A stretch of DNA of 64,000 bases from a virus (IMGVR_UViG_3300025087_000641:32001-96000), one strand, 5' to 3'; numbered from the stretch's first letter, positions 19,114-28,942 are shown. Notes: a model not told the origin generated them from the sequence alone. Numbers and translations are program-made.

Positions 19114-19963
19114 TCCCTGTGTCCATTGCAACGAGAATGAGTCAGACTTTGACACATACCTCTGCAAGAAATGTGCCGAGGACTTTCAGGTTACACCACA
19201 AACAACGAGGGATTTCTATGGCTTTCTGGCTAGAACGGGAAGGTCGTATCTAACATCGTATTTGTCAAGGCCAGACCAAGAACAGGGGAAGCCTCACGAT
19301 TATATCTTTGCCGCGCCTGCCGCAAGTTTTCACCACGCTAGACGATTCAATTTCTTTACTCGCATGGCAGAACTTGTGCGAGGTGTTCCGGGGGACATTG
19401 TGGAGTGTGGCGTAGAACATGGGCAGACATTACTATATTGGCTATCCATTGCATTTGACGAATTGACGCCACGAAATGTATGGGGATTTGACTCTTTCGC
19501 CGGGCCAGAAACAGTTGGAGAGAAAGATAAGAATTCTAATGGCGACATATATCCGCCCCTTCCGAATGTCTATGCTAGGGCAACCGAGGGATTTATCAAT
19601 CTCCTGAATGCCTATGGACTTCCTCGTATTTGGACGAACTCACATTTAGTCGTCATACCCGGCTTTTTCTCTGAGACTCTGAAAGATTATAGGGGCGAGA
19701 AGATAGCGATTCTTCACCTTGACGCGAACTACTACGACAGTTACAAAACTTGTATGGAGATGCTGTGGCCGAAAGTGGCCCGTGGTGGAGTTGTAATTTT
19801 TGATGAATACCAAAATCAAAATGATACTCTACACTTTGCTGGTGCAAAACGCGCAATAGACGAATATATGGAAACACTCAAGGATGACGGAACGACAATC
19901 ACGAGGGACAAAATGTATGGCAAATTCTATTGCATCAAGGGAGGCATTCAATGGCGGATTTAG
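19106..19963 (+). CDS. TylF/MycF-family O-methyltransferase with N-terminal Cys cluster
   Basis: GDIVECGV, GFDSFAG, LHLDANYYDS, GGVVIFDEY, GAKRAIDE. Confidence 0.9.
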   Translation: MTNPCVHCNENESDFDTYLCKKCAEDFQVTPQTTRDFYGFLARTGRSYLTSYLSRPDQEQGKPHDYIFAAPAASFHHARRFNFFTRMAELVRGVPGDIVECGVEHGQTLLYWLSIAFDELTPRNVWGFDSFAGPETVGEKDKNSNGDIYPPLPNVYARATEGFINLLNAYGLPRIWTNSHLVVIPGFFSETLKDYRGEKIAILHLDANYYDSYKTCMEMLWPKVARGGVVIFDEYQNQNDTLHFAGAKRAIDEYMETLKDDGTTITRDKMYGKFYCIKGGIQWRI

Positions 19964-20835
19964 TTATCGGCGGTAGCCCAATTGGGGACGGACACCCAGT
20001 AATTTGTATAGGAGAGGAGGGTATAAATCATCAGGGCAATATAGATATTGCCAAGAAACTTGTTGATGTTTGTATTGAGGCAGGTTGCAATGCTGTCAAG
20101 ATGCAATCTCGTACAGTTGATGTAGTTTATTCGGAAGAGGAACTTTCCAGGCCGAGAGAGTCGCCCTTTGGAACAACAAATGGAGACTTGAAACGCGGTC
20201 TTGAATTGGGGAGGAAAGAATATGACGAATTTGATGCTTACTGCAAATCAAAGAGTATGACATGGCTTTCCTCATGTTGGGATGAAGCGTCTGTTGATTT
20301 TATTGCACAATACAACCCACCATGTTTCAAGATTGCCTCTGCCTGTATCACGGATGATAACCTGCTAAGACATCATCTACAATATCATAAGCCACTCATT
20401 ATCAGTACGGGGATGACAACTTTGCGCCAAATTGACCATGCCATTGAAATTGTCGGGACTGACAATGTTGCCCTAATGCATTGCATTGGAGTTTATCCGG
20501 CTGATCCGAGGACTCTAAACCTTCGTGTTATCCAAACACTGAAAGAGCGGTATAATGTTCCCGTTGGATGGAGCGGACATGAAGTAGGACTCGCTACAAC
20601 CGTTGCGGCTGTGGCGATGGGTGCAAATCTTGTTGAGAGGCATGTCACATTGGATAGGGCAATGTTCGGCTCAGATCAGTCGGCCTCGGTAGAACCCCAG
20701 GGATTGAAAAGACTTGTCAGGGATATTCGGGTTGTTGAAGATGCAATGGGGGATGGCGTAAAACGAGTATTGCCTGCCGAGTCTGTTGTGGCAAATAAGT
20801 TGCGCCGTGTTGACACTCTGAAACAGGAGGGGTGA
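19951..20835 (+). CDS. neuB: Nonulosonate synthase (NeuB family, second copy)
   Basis: EEGINHQG, FKIASA, ISTGM, LMHC..YP, VGWSGHE, VERHVTLDRAMFGSDQSASVEP; GGAGG RBS. Confidence 0.92.
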   Translation: MADLVIGGSPIGDGHPVICIGEEGINHQGNIDIAKKLVDVCIEAGCNAVKMQSRTVDVVYSEEELSRPRESPFGTTNGDLKRGLELGRKEYDEFDAYCKSKSMTWLSSCWDEASVDFIAQYNPPCFKIASACITDDNLLRHHLQYHKPLIISTGMTTLRQIDHAIEIVGTDNVALMHCIGVYPADPRTLNLRVIQTLKERYNVPVGWSGHEVGLATTVAAVAMGANLVERHVTLDRAMFGSDQSASVEPQGLKRLVRDIRVVEDAMGDGVKRVLPAESVVANKLRRVDTLKQEG

Positions 20836-21269
20836 TGACTGGGCGACCAGATCTGACGTTTCAGATTTCCGAGAGTGACAATGAGGTTTATGATGTCATG
20901 CGGGATTTGGCACAACGACTTGGCCTGACCGAGTTACGGACGAGTCCCATGACGATGGTGAGTTGGACTGCGCCCGCGCCAATTGTAGAAACTCCTCCAC
21001 CATCCAATCCTCAACCATCTCGAAATGCCCCATACAAGTTGGCAACACGAGTGCCAACACGCATTCAGTTTGTTGGAGAAGTCAATTGCTGGGTTGCGCC
21101 AGACCCAAATTCGCGCAAGTTGACTTTTACTGACAATCGGGAGGTGGACATCTTCGAGGAGAGAGATACCGAGTTGTTTGGAAAGTGGTGGTGCGTACTC
21201 CATAAAACATTGCCGAGTGGTGAACTGTTTGAATTATGGATTCCGGCTGCGTATTTTGTTCTGTTCTGA
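20832..21269 (+). CDS. Hypothetical protein with Pro-rich linker and possible SH3-like C-terminus
   Basis: APAPIVETPPPSNPQP linker; C-terminal ELWIPAAYF. Confidence 0.55.
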   Translation: MMTGRPDLTFQISESDNEVYDVMRDLAQRLGLTELRTSPMTMVSWTAPAPIVETPPPSNPQPSRNAPYKLATRVPTRIQFVGEVNCWVAPDPNSRKLTFTDNREVDIFEERDTELFGKWWCVLHKTLPSGELFELWIPAAYFVLF

Positions 21270-21273
21270 AAAG

Positions 21274-21798
21274 ATGATTAAGGTCGCAATATTCGATACC
21301 GATGGAGTTATGTCCGATGGCGCAGTAATCTACCTCGATGGTGGGGTGCGAGGCAGAGTCTTCAATGTCAGAGATGGACAAGGGATTACCAATCTAAAGC
21401 ACGCCGAGGTATCTGTCTGGCTAGTCAGTGGCGAACAAGACTCTCATCTGTTTGACCGTTCCGAGAAGTTGGGCGTAGACCAATTGTTTGGATTGCCAGA
21501 CAAACGCAGAGTCCTAGAGGAACTTCCGCTTGACATAAACAACGACGAAATAGCATTCATGGGTGATGACATTGGGGACATTCCGCTGCTGATGATGGTG
21601 GGTATGCCTGCGTGCCCACAGGACGCTCACCGTGACGTTGTGAACTGCGTTGTTAGTCTACGTGGGTTTGTCGCCACAAAAAATGGCGGCAAGGGGGCAG
21701 TACGAGAGTTCTGCGACTATATATTGACAAGAAACAGACTCGATACTGCCCCAGAGTATATGCGAGAGATTGGAGAGTTGAAAAACGCATTGGAATAG
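21274..21798 (+). CDS. HAD phosphatase, KdsC/YrbI (Kdo8P/Kdn9P-type)
   Basis: FDTDGVMSDG, FNVRDGQG, AFMGDDIGD, GGKGAVRE. Confidence 0.9.
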   Translation: MIKVAIFDTDGVMSDGAVIYLDGGVRGRVFNVRDGQGITNLKHAEVSVWLVSGEQDSHLFDRSEKLGVDQLFGLPDKRRVLEELPLDINNDEIAFMGDDIGDIPLLMMVGMPACPQDAHRDVVNCVVSLRGFVATKNGGKGAVREFCDYILTRNRLDTAPEYMREIGELKNALE

Positions 21799-21813
21799 TC
21801 AAGTTTGACTATT
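21794..21813. other. Palindrome at the convergence of the two operons
   Basis: AATAGTCAA-GT-TTGACTATT; half-site resembles the repeated TAGTCAAA motif. Confidence 0.5.
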
Positions 21814-21821
21814 ACTGTGTC

Positions 21822-22430
21822 TTATTGTCCCCAAGTGGAGTAGTTGCAAGAGAAAAATATTTGACCAGTAGTATTTCTGCGCTCCATCCTTAAACTTGCA
21901 AAACAAGTACCGTGAATGCCGAGATCAAACATGGGCATTGTTTCACTTGTTGATGAAAATATGAAGTTTGCGATGGATGTTCCGCCATTTAGAAACACGG
22001 CGGATGCTCCCCCATTAACCTGTGTTCCAGCAACAAAAATCTTGTATAGAAGCCCCGAGGAAACTGTTACGGTTTCTGTAGATGCTCCGCCCATTGCACA
22101 AGTGACAGTTGACATTGCTGAGACATAGGCATGTCCTCTATCATCACCCCTCTGCGCCATTGCGTTGTTAGTCCCCATCGAGGATGCATTTGTGGTGAAT
22201 GAAAAGACATTCATCACTCCAACTGGGGCATTGGTGACTGGACTTCCGGCCACATGGGTTCCGACCTGTAATGCTGCATGGATTTTTGAGGTCGCTCCAA
22301 TTGTAGATGCGCCGATTCCGGCAAACAGGGCAAAGTCGGACTGCGAACTTGATATATTTATAGGGGCAAGCATTTTCGCCCCTCCAGCATCCTTCGGTGA
22401 AATATCCGCCGTAGAATAATTTGTAGTCAT
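21822..22430 (-). CDS. Ser/Thr/Gly-rich putative virion protein
   Basis: AAGGAG RBS; composition like the other decoration proteins; last gene of the late operon. Confidence 0.65.
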   Translation of the reverse strand: MTTNYSTADISPKDAGGAKMLAPINISSSQSDFALFAGIGASTIGATSKIHAALQVGTHVAGSPVTNAPVGVMNVFSFTTNASSMGTNNAMAQRGDDRGHAYVSAMSTVTCAMGGASTETVTVSSGLLYKIFVAGTQVNGGASAVFLNGGTSIANFIFSSTSETMPMFDLGIHGTCFASLRMERRNTTGQIFFSCNYSTWGQ

Positions 22431-22440
22431 GCGATTCTCC

Positions 22441-22580
22441 TTGACACAATTGTTCTAATGTGGTACAAATGTACTGTCTAGACGGTTGCTAGTCGGGTGT
22501 GATATAATGAATCGAGAAGTCTTGTGCAAGGCAATCGTCTAGACAACAATTGCCACCCGCACAAGGCTTTTTGTTTAAGG
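22441..22580 (+). promoter_or_regulatory. Tandem promoters + inverted repeat + leader terminator (locus A)
   Basis: TTGACA-N17-TACAAA; TGn-TATAAT at 22503; IR 22475-89/22531-45; stem 22517-27/22559-69 followed by a T tract. Confidence 0.7.
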
Positions 22581-22588
22581 AGTCCAAA

Positions 22589-23110
22589 ATGGAAGAAGAA
22601 ATATGGAAGGATATTCCAAATTTCCCGCACTATCAGATTAGCAATCTTGGGCGCGTTCGTTCGTTTTTCGTCAGGGGGCAAAAACAGAAACCATGTGATA
22701 CTCCGAGAATACTTGTTCCTGTTCATCGTGGCAAGGGATATTATGCGGTAAATCTTCATCGTGGAGATGATATGATTATGGTTAATATCCACCAAGCTGT
22801 TCTTACTGCATTTGTCGGCCAATGTCCAGATGGACTTGAGGCGTGCCACAATAACAGTGTTCGCAATGACAACAGGCTTGAGAATCTTAGATGGGATACC
22901 CGTTCCAGCAACTTTCTTGACAAACGCGCAAATGGAACATCTCGCTGTGGCGAGGAAAATAATAGGGCCAAACTTAATACTGCCCAAGTTCTCGAAATAC
23001 GAGAGAGGGCATTTCAGGGAGAATCGTTTGGGGTTCTCTCCGGGGATTATGGGATAAGTAATATCCATGTAAAGAGAATTGTAGAACGGGTTGTGTGGCA
23101 ACATATCTAG
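22589..23110 (+). CDS. NUMOD4-HNH homing endonuclease
   Basis: EIWKDIPNFPHYQISNLGRVRS, IHQAVLTAFVG, ACHNNSVRNDNRLENLRW; AAGGAG RBS. Confidence 0.92.
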   Translation: MEEEIWKDIPNFPHYQISNLGRVRSFFVRGQKQKPCDTPRILVPVHRGKGYYAVNLHRGDDMIMVNIHQAVLTAFVGQCPDGLEACHNNSVRNDNRLENLRWDTRSSNFLDKRANGTSRCGEENNRAKLNTAQVLEIRERAFQGESFGVLSGDYGISNIHVKRIVERVVWQHI

Positions 23111-23112
23111 CC

Positions 23113-23346
23113 CTATTTCTCCTTACTCAATGCTTGCGTCTCATCGTCCAGCCTCGCAAGATACTTTTCGCATTTTTCTAGGTCTGCTTGGATAGCATCA
23201 AGCACTGATTTGTCCGTCCCAATGCTCTTGCTCACCCGGTAGCGCATTTGAAGTTGCCAGCGAGTGTTGATATACATACTGACTTCTTGTGAGAGAAGCA
23301 CCAGTTTGGTTTGGTTATCAGGCTCTAAATCAAGAATGTTCGACAC
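23113..23346 (-). CDS. Small coiled-coil protein after the tail fibre
   Basis: Overlaps the end of the fibre gene; helical composition. Confidence 0.6.
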   Translation of the reverse strand: MSNILDLEPDNQTKLVLLSQEVSMYINTRWQLQMRYRVSKSIGTDKSVLDAIQADLEKCEKYLARLDDETQALSKEK

Positions 23347-25510
23347 TTTCGAGACTCCTAATTCTTTTGTGAAGTTCGATTAGATGGGTAAAAATTTCTT
23401 CTATCTTCTCTAATGCAATATCGGCTCGATCAAAAATGCCAGACGGCTCATCTGTTATTCTCGGAAGTCGCATGTTCTCTTTGATGTATGATTCTATCTC
23501 ATCCAGCGATAGGCGCTGATAGCCTTCCGCCCCACGGTTTGTGGCGTATCTATTAATGTGATCGGTTAGCCAATATTCAAGTGCATAGTCTGGATTCCCA
23601 TATGCAGAATTATTTAAGTAAATATTTGTCGCCACATTGATAGTGCCACTACCCTTATCTCCGCCAGTAGGTGCGCCCATCTGTAGCCCAGCACCAGTAA
23701 TGACATTGGAGTTGCTTGTGGAAATGTACATGGCATAATTTGTACTCCCACCCGGATGCGTGCCGATTAGCAATCCGACATTGGCTGTAGCAATCGTTGC
23801 CTCAGCCATCACCAACGCGGCATAAGTGGAAATTGTCCCAGAACCACTTACACTTGGCACGCCAATATTGATACCCGCTACCGCCAATCCAGTAAATGCA
23901 CCTTTGGCGTAGGTGACATTCAACTGCAATCCACGTAAGGCATCACTGTTTGCAATGGCGGTCAATATCGTGCTTTCGTACAATCCTAGCGCCTGCCCGC
24001 CCGCGGCTGTCACACTCTGCGCCAATTCAATGCCGACAGGTGCGACCGTAGCCGCAGTCCCCAATAGTACCCGTCCGGCTTGTATCCACAGCGCCAACGG
24101 ATTTGTGATAGTGGCATTTGTCCCTGCCACCGGAGCGCCAGTAATTGCTACTGTTGCCGCCGTTGTAATTGTACTCGTTCCAGTAAAAGCATAGGTTGGG
24201 GGTTCAAATATTACTGCTCTCTGTGTGGTCACATCCCCAGAGAGCCATTGAACAGTTCTACTTAGTGCGAAATAAATATCTGTCGCCTCTCCATTTGCCG
24301 TCAGGCTGGTATGTGCCCCGCCCAAAACATAAATCAAATTTTGATGTGTCCCGGAAATTGCTGGTTGCGAGATGTATACGAATCTCGAACTAACCATTGG
24401 GACTCCGATTCCGAATGTACTTCCGTTGAATTGAAATGTCGAGTTTCCTGTTATTGCGGACGATGCACTCCAATAGGCAACATGATTTGCCGTTCCCGTG
24501 CCTGTTACAGTACCCGTGCCAGCCGTATTTCCGGGAATCCACCTGCCACTTGAAAATATAAGCACTTGGTCTGTAACAGCCCCAGTTGTGTCTACATCTG
24601 CCAATCCATTTAGAGTGTTATCGCCACTATCAGATGCAGAGGCAGACCCCACCATCATCAGGTCTGGCGGATTACCAGACAGACCCTCTAGTTGTTTGAT
24701 TCTGTCCAACAAATGTAATGCGGGAGGACTTGGAAACAGCCTCGCGTCTCTCATATTGTCCACCACAGAAGACCAATCAACAACGGTAGTGGTGGATGCA
24801 AGTTTTACATAGCCAAGTGGTATCTCGTTCCCTGCCGGTGCTGGTACTGGCGTGAATAGGTCGTAGATAATCTCTTGTGTTCCTGTGGCATATGGGACTC
24901 CGGGACGATAAACAAGAATATCTGCCTCTGGGTCTAGCCCAATGAGAACATATCGAATCTGTCCACTCGATGGCTTGAATTGAGTCAAGTCATCGGTTTG
25001 CGTGAATGGGAATCTCTGCCATGTGTCCCAGAAGTAAATGAATGACCTCACATTGGCAATCATTGACGATGGATAGGTTGGATAGACCAATCCCGGAAGG
25101 AATTGGAGAGGGTCTATGAATACCTCGTCGCCCCCATGCCATTCATGTTGCTGGTGGTGTGGGCCTACTATTGGGATAGTGCTTGCTGGAATATCTCCAA
25201 GTCCAGCATAGTGCATACTGATAATCTGTTCTTCTTGGTCAGACTCCCCGGGTTCGGGGAAGCCAATAAGAACTGGAAGATTATGAGATGGTTGAACAAC
25301 ACCACGATTTAGAATCTGGAAATATCGAGTGCTACTTACATCATCTCTGGCAAAAACGTAATTGTCACGATTGGGAACAAAGAGATTAGACGTGGCAGTA
25401 CCGCGCCCGTCACCGAGTACAGCAGAGCGTATCTGTTGAACTTGTTGGTATTGGGAGATGGTCTCTCTCCATCTCCGCCTAGCCTCAGCAAGAGTTGTCA
25501 CGATGACCAA
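23330..25510 (-). CDS. Tail fibre/spike with C-terminal chaperone-like domain
   Basis: G/T/A-rich shaft; C-terminal PDYALE..LSLDEIESYIKENMRLP..LEKIEEIFTHLIEL. Confidence 0.8.
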   Translation of the reverse strand: MVIVTTLAEARRRWRETISQYQQVQQIRSAVLGDGRGTATSNLFVPNRDNYVFARDDVSSTRYFQILNRGVVQPSHNLPVLIGFPEPGESDQEEQIISMHYAGLGDIPASTIPIVGPHHQQHEWHGGDEVFIDPLQFLPGLVYPTYPSSMIANVRSFIYFWDTWQRFPFTQTDDLTQFKPSSGQIRYVLIGLDPEADILVYRPGVPYATGTQEIIYDLFTPVPAPAGNEIPLGYVKLASTTTVVDWSSVVDNMRDARLFPSPPALHLLDRIKQLEGLSGNPPDLMMVGSASASDSGDNTLNGLADVDTTGAVTDQVLIFSSGRWIPGNTAGTGTVTGTGTANHVAYWSASSAITGNSTFQFNGSTFGIGVPMVSSRFVYISQPAISGTHQNLIYVLGGAHTSLTANGEATDIYFALSRTVQWLSGDVTTQRAVIFEPPTYAFTGTSTITTAATVAITGAPVAGTNATITNPLALWIQAGRVLLGTAATVAPVGIELAQSVTAAGGQALGLYESTILTAIANSDALRGLQLNVTYAKGAFTGLAVAGINIGVPSVSGSGTISTYAALVMAEATIATANVGLLIGTHPGGSTNYAMYISTSNSNVITGAGLQMGAPTGGDKGSGTINVATNIYLNNSAYGNPDYALEYWLTDHINRYATNRGAEGYQRLSLDEIESYIKENMRLPRITDEPSGIFDRADIALEKIEEIFTHLIELHKRIRSLESVEHS

Positions 25511-28467
25511 TCCACTTCCATGCGTTTGAGAGCATAGTCATTAACTGTCCCGCCAATATTCCCAAACACATTCTCAAAGTCTCCAGTCTTGTTCTGGAAT
25601 GTACTTCCGCCATCAGACGAATATCGTGGCGAGTCTGTCCCATAAACAATATAGAGTCTGTTGTAATTGTTTATCCACGTTTTGACATGGTATCCAAGAG
25701 TCAATCCGGGATTGACAAGCACCCAAGTTGCGCCACCGTCAATGGTCTTGAACACGCTTTTCTCGTCAGATACATAGATAGTATTACCGTCTCCAGTTAT
25801 ATCCTTTCTGTTACTTCCGGGCGGTGAACTCTTGCTATATCTACTTGGCGTAATATTGCTCCAACTCGCCCCCTGATTTTCGGTTTTGAATACGCCTGTG
25901 GTTGTAGATACATAGATGATTTGGTCGTTGTCATTCCCGGAATAGGGTAGATATAGACTCACTGCATATCCAGAGGCGGCAGGGAAAGACAGGGAACTCC
26001 AAGAACCTCCCCCATTAGAACTCATGTAGACATATGCGGTAGTGGCTGTTGACGAATTGCTACCCAAGAAGAAGAGATTGGATATACTGTGGTTGCTGTA
26101 AACAACCTCGCCCTGACTATTGTAACTAACTGCAATAGTCGCCCAACTCCAAGTAGAACCATTGTTGGAAGTTACACCTATTTGTGGCGCGGCGGCGTTG
26201 TCCTGAACAAGAAGTGCCCAATATCCGCTTGACGCAATACTTGGCGAAAGAATCGGGATGGTTGGACTGGCAAGCGTTCCGCCAAATCCTGCCTCAATTT
26301 GTGCGCCAGTCAATACCCTCGTCCATATCGGTGTTGTCTGATTCAGACTCGTTGTTTTCCAAATGTTGCCCTTTGTGGTTGCTATCCATGAGACAGTGCT
26401 TAGATTGTATGGGTCAAACACCAAGTCCGTAAATGCTTCAGAACTAAAGGTGATGTTGTTTGTAATGTTCTTCCACGATGGATTACTTGCCAAGAAGTTA
26501 GTAGTTCTTGCAACAATATCATTTGACCCAGATGGTGCTTGTGCGATAAGTGCCGCAATCTTTCCAGCAGCCCCACCGGGATTAGGCTCTCCAGGGGTTG
26601 GAGGTGTAATCAGTGGGGGGAAGTCAACCGAAGACCCGCCATGCCCATCAACAACCGACTCTGCGGTTATGTCAATCTCTGGCAATGCAGAGATTGGATT
26701 GTATGAAACCCTCATCTCGTATGGGACAAGACTCTGGTTGTTCCAATTTAGGCCACGCATATTTGTTGCACCAGTTGGAGAGAGTGACATTGTAATGCGA
26801 CTCTGCGGAACTGGGTCTAGGCGTAGATTCCCGGAAAGAGGAATGTTGACTCTCTTGTATGGATTGTTCCTCTTGGCTCTTAGATTCCCGGCCCATGTGA
26901 TTGCCGTGTCTGTATCTGGCGCTGTGGCATTACGGGATATTTCCTGCCTGCCTCCAAAGTGTCCCGCCCGATGACTTGGAGAGACACCACCGATTGGTGT
27001 ATAGACTCCGGCGCGAATAGCATAGATGGTCTGTTGGGAATTCTCGTCAAAGTGCGGATGTTCAAGTACAACTGCGCCTCGTCTATCCCCAGCACCAATG
27101 TCTGCAATAATCGGCAGTGAGGCGCTTGCCCCAGTAACGTGACTGTCCAGACTTGCATAAATTGAGGATTGCATGTCTGATGCCAGAAGCCCAAGAACAC
27201 CCTCATAGTTATAGCGCAATTGTTCCCACAAGTTCCCCTGTGGCAATGAACGAAATGCAAGTTCGAGAGATGATGCCGAATCTCCCGCAAAGTTGAAGTC
27301 GGTAACATTCCCAATGGTAGACCGATATTTGACGAGGGTTAGTGCCGCCTTGTCTATTGTCAATTGGGATGCCATAGTCCACGCTGATGCTGCAGACCCA
27401 CCCTCCAAGAATATGTCATAGGCGTCTGTCATTGCCAAGACTCTATCTATCGTTGCGACTCTGAATGACACATTTCCGGTGAATGGTTCTATGCGAGTGG
27501 AATCGTCAACAATCCACCCGACAAAGACAATGTTGTTCCTCCCAAATGAGTTTCCGCCAAGAGACGATGCAATCCCATTGTAAGATGCTTTCTCAAATAT
27601 GACTATCTGCGCACCTTCCGGGAAATTGTCGGAAGTAGCCCCGCTATAGGCTTGTATCCTGCCATCATATCCACCACTATTGAGTCCGCCAGCGATTTCC
27701 TCAATCATTACTCGCTGGGGTTGTGCGTTACTTGAATTGAATGCGAATGTCAGACGTTGCCCGATATGACTTGCACCGTTGGAATCCGTGACGGTGAGTG
27801 TGTGGTATCTCCCGCCTGACGATGCATTGGTATAAGTAATGACAATCGGATTCTGGGACGAACCAAGTTGGCTTGAAACAGTCTGTCCATTGGGGAAACT
27901 CCACGACTGAGACGTAATGGATACTGCCCCAGTAAACGAATAACTCCTATCCCCAACATAACTTGCCGTACCGACTCCGCTGTCAAGCCATACCACGGCA
28001 GGCGGGCCGAGTAATGCTAATGGCCCAAAATTCCTTGTTTGTGCTGTGTATGGGTCTAGGTCTACCCACCACGCAGATGTAGCAGTATCATATGAGGGAT
28101 GAACAGACCAAGGTGCATACTCCTCAACTATTGTTGCAATAGCACCATTCCATCTCGTGATGCCACTACCGTATTCTCCAACATGGAGTAGACTTGCAGA
28201 TGTTGGGGTTGCCCTAATCCTCATTTTCCCCTTGTCATATTGCCCAACATTTGTTCCGATTCTAACTGTCATTCCTTTTCGAGCATCAGAGAGATTGCCC
28301 TGCAAAGTATTGCTTGCAGTAATGGCACTCGCGGGAAAGTTGTCGGGAATGGCATTGACAGACCCCGCCCAAATTATGCGCGGTTGGGCGACGGCACAGT
28401 AATATTCACTGCGCTGTGGATGCGCCCTAAAAATAGCCTTTTCGTTAGTCGTCAGTGCTATTCTCAT
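25498..28467 (-). CDS. Tail tip/hub protein with C-terminal Asp-box (BNR) beta-propeller
   Basis: Lies after TMP and Dit; repeats TSNNGSTW, SSNGGGSW, TENQGASW, TIDGGATW, SSDGGSTF. Confidence 0.8.
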   Translation of the reverse strand: MRIALTTNEKAIFRAHPQRSEYYCAVAQPRIIWAGSVNAIPDNFPASAITASNTLQGNLSDARKGMTVRIGTNVGQYDKGKMRIRATPTSASLLHVGEYGSGITRWNGAIATIVEEYAPWSVHPSYDTATSAWWVDLDPYTAQTRNFGPLALLGPPAVVWLDSGVGTASYVGDRSYSFTGAVSITSQSWSFPNGQTVSSQLGSSQNPIVITYTNASSGGRYHTLTVTDSNGASHIGQRLTFAFNSSNAQPQRVMIEEIAGGLNSGGYDGRIQAYSGATSDNFPEGAQIVIFEKASYNGIASSLGGNSFGRNNIVFVGWIVDDSTRIEPFTGNVSFRVATIDRVLAMTDAYDIFLEGGSAASAWTMASQLTIDKAALTLVKYRSTIGNVTDFNFAGDSASSLELAFRSLPQGNLWEQLRYNYEGVLGLLASDMQSSIYASLDSHVTGASASLPIIADIGAGDRRGAVVLEHPHFDENSQQTIYAIRAGVYTPIGGVSPSHRAGHFGGRQEISRNATAPDTDTAITWAGNLRAKRNNPYKRVNIPLSGNLRLDPVPQSRITMSLSPTGATNMRGLNWNNQSLVPYEMRVSYNPISALPEIDITAESVVDGHGGSSVDFPPLITPPTPGEPNPGGAAGKIAALIAQAPSGSNDIVARTTNFLASNPSWKNITNNITFSSEAFTDLVFDPYNLSTVSWIATTKGNIWKTTSLNQTTPIWTRVLTGAQIEAGFGGTLASPTIPILSPSIASSGYWALLVQDNAAAPQIGVTSNNGSTWSWATIAVSYNSQGEVVYSNHSISNLFFLGSNSSTATTAYVYMSSNGGGSWSSLSFPAASGYAVSLYLPYSGNDNDQIIYVSTTTGVFKTENQGASWSNITPSRYSKSSPPGSNRKDITGDGNTIYVSDEKSVFKTIDGGATWVLVNPGLTLGYHVKTWINNYNRLYIVYGTDSPRYSSDGGSTFQNKTGDFENVFGNIGGTVNDYALKRMEVDWSS

Positions 28468-28614
28468 ATAACCCTATCGCCAAAATCTCATGTATGGGCC
28501 GAATCCCATCTCTCCGAATCAATCCCTATTCTTCGGAAAATTCTCTACGATACATATGGATACAACTTCTCAGACATGGATGACTACGACTTGTCAAGGC
28601 TTCGCCCTAAGTAA
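28468..28614 (+). pseudogene. Relic 3' end of a deleted HNH endonuclease
   Basis: ITLSPKSHVWAESHLSESIPILRKILYDTYGY aligns with ISLCRKCHRRAEAHPNVSVPQLQSLLIERYSY of the 36351 nuclease. Confidence 0.65.
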
Positions 28615-28942
28615 CTGCAATGCCATTGATTAGAGCAGACCACCTGCCAACATATCCAGCCTCGAATGTTGGTCTGCCAATTTGCAAGAAGATTCCAGCG
28701 TTAGAATACGAAACGAAAGAGCCAGTATCTAGTGATAGCAATTGAATAGATGTCAGACTCGCACCATTGAATGCCGCCCATTGTTGATATGAGGCATAAG
28801 TACAAGCATCAAATTCAAGTCTTGCTGACTTCGTGGCGGCATAGACTGGCCTACCCGTGTGGTCAGTCCCGAGAACAATGTCCTGCCACGACTGTTGATA
28901 TGGTGCAAGGCTGGCTGTTTGACCATTGATGGTGTATGGCAC
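28607..28942 (-). CDS. Putative distal tail protein
   Basis: Immediately after TMP; AGGAG RBS; beta-rich, 111 aa. Confidence 0.65.
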   Translation of the reverse strand: MPYTINGQTASLAPYQQSWQDIVLGTDHTGRPVYAATKSARLEFDACTYASYQQWAAFNGASLTSIQLLSLDTGSFVSYSNAGIFLQIGRPTFEAGYVGRWSALINGIAVT

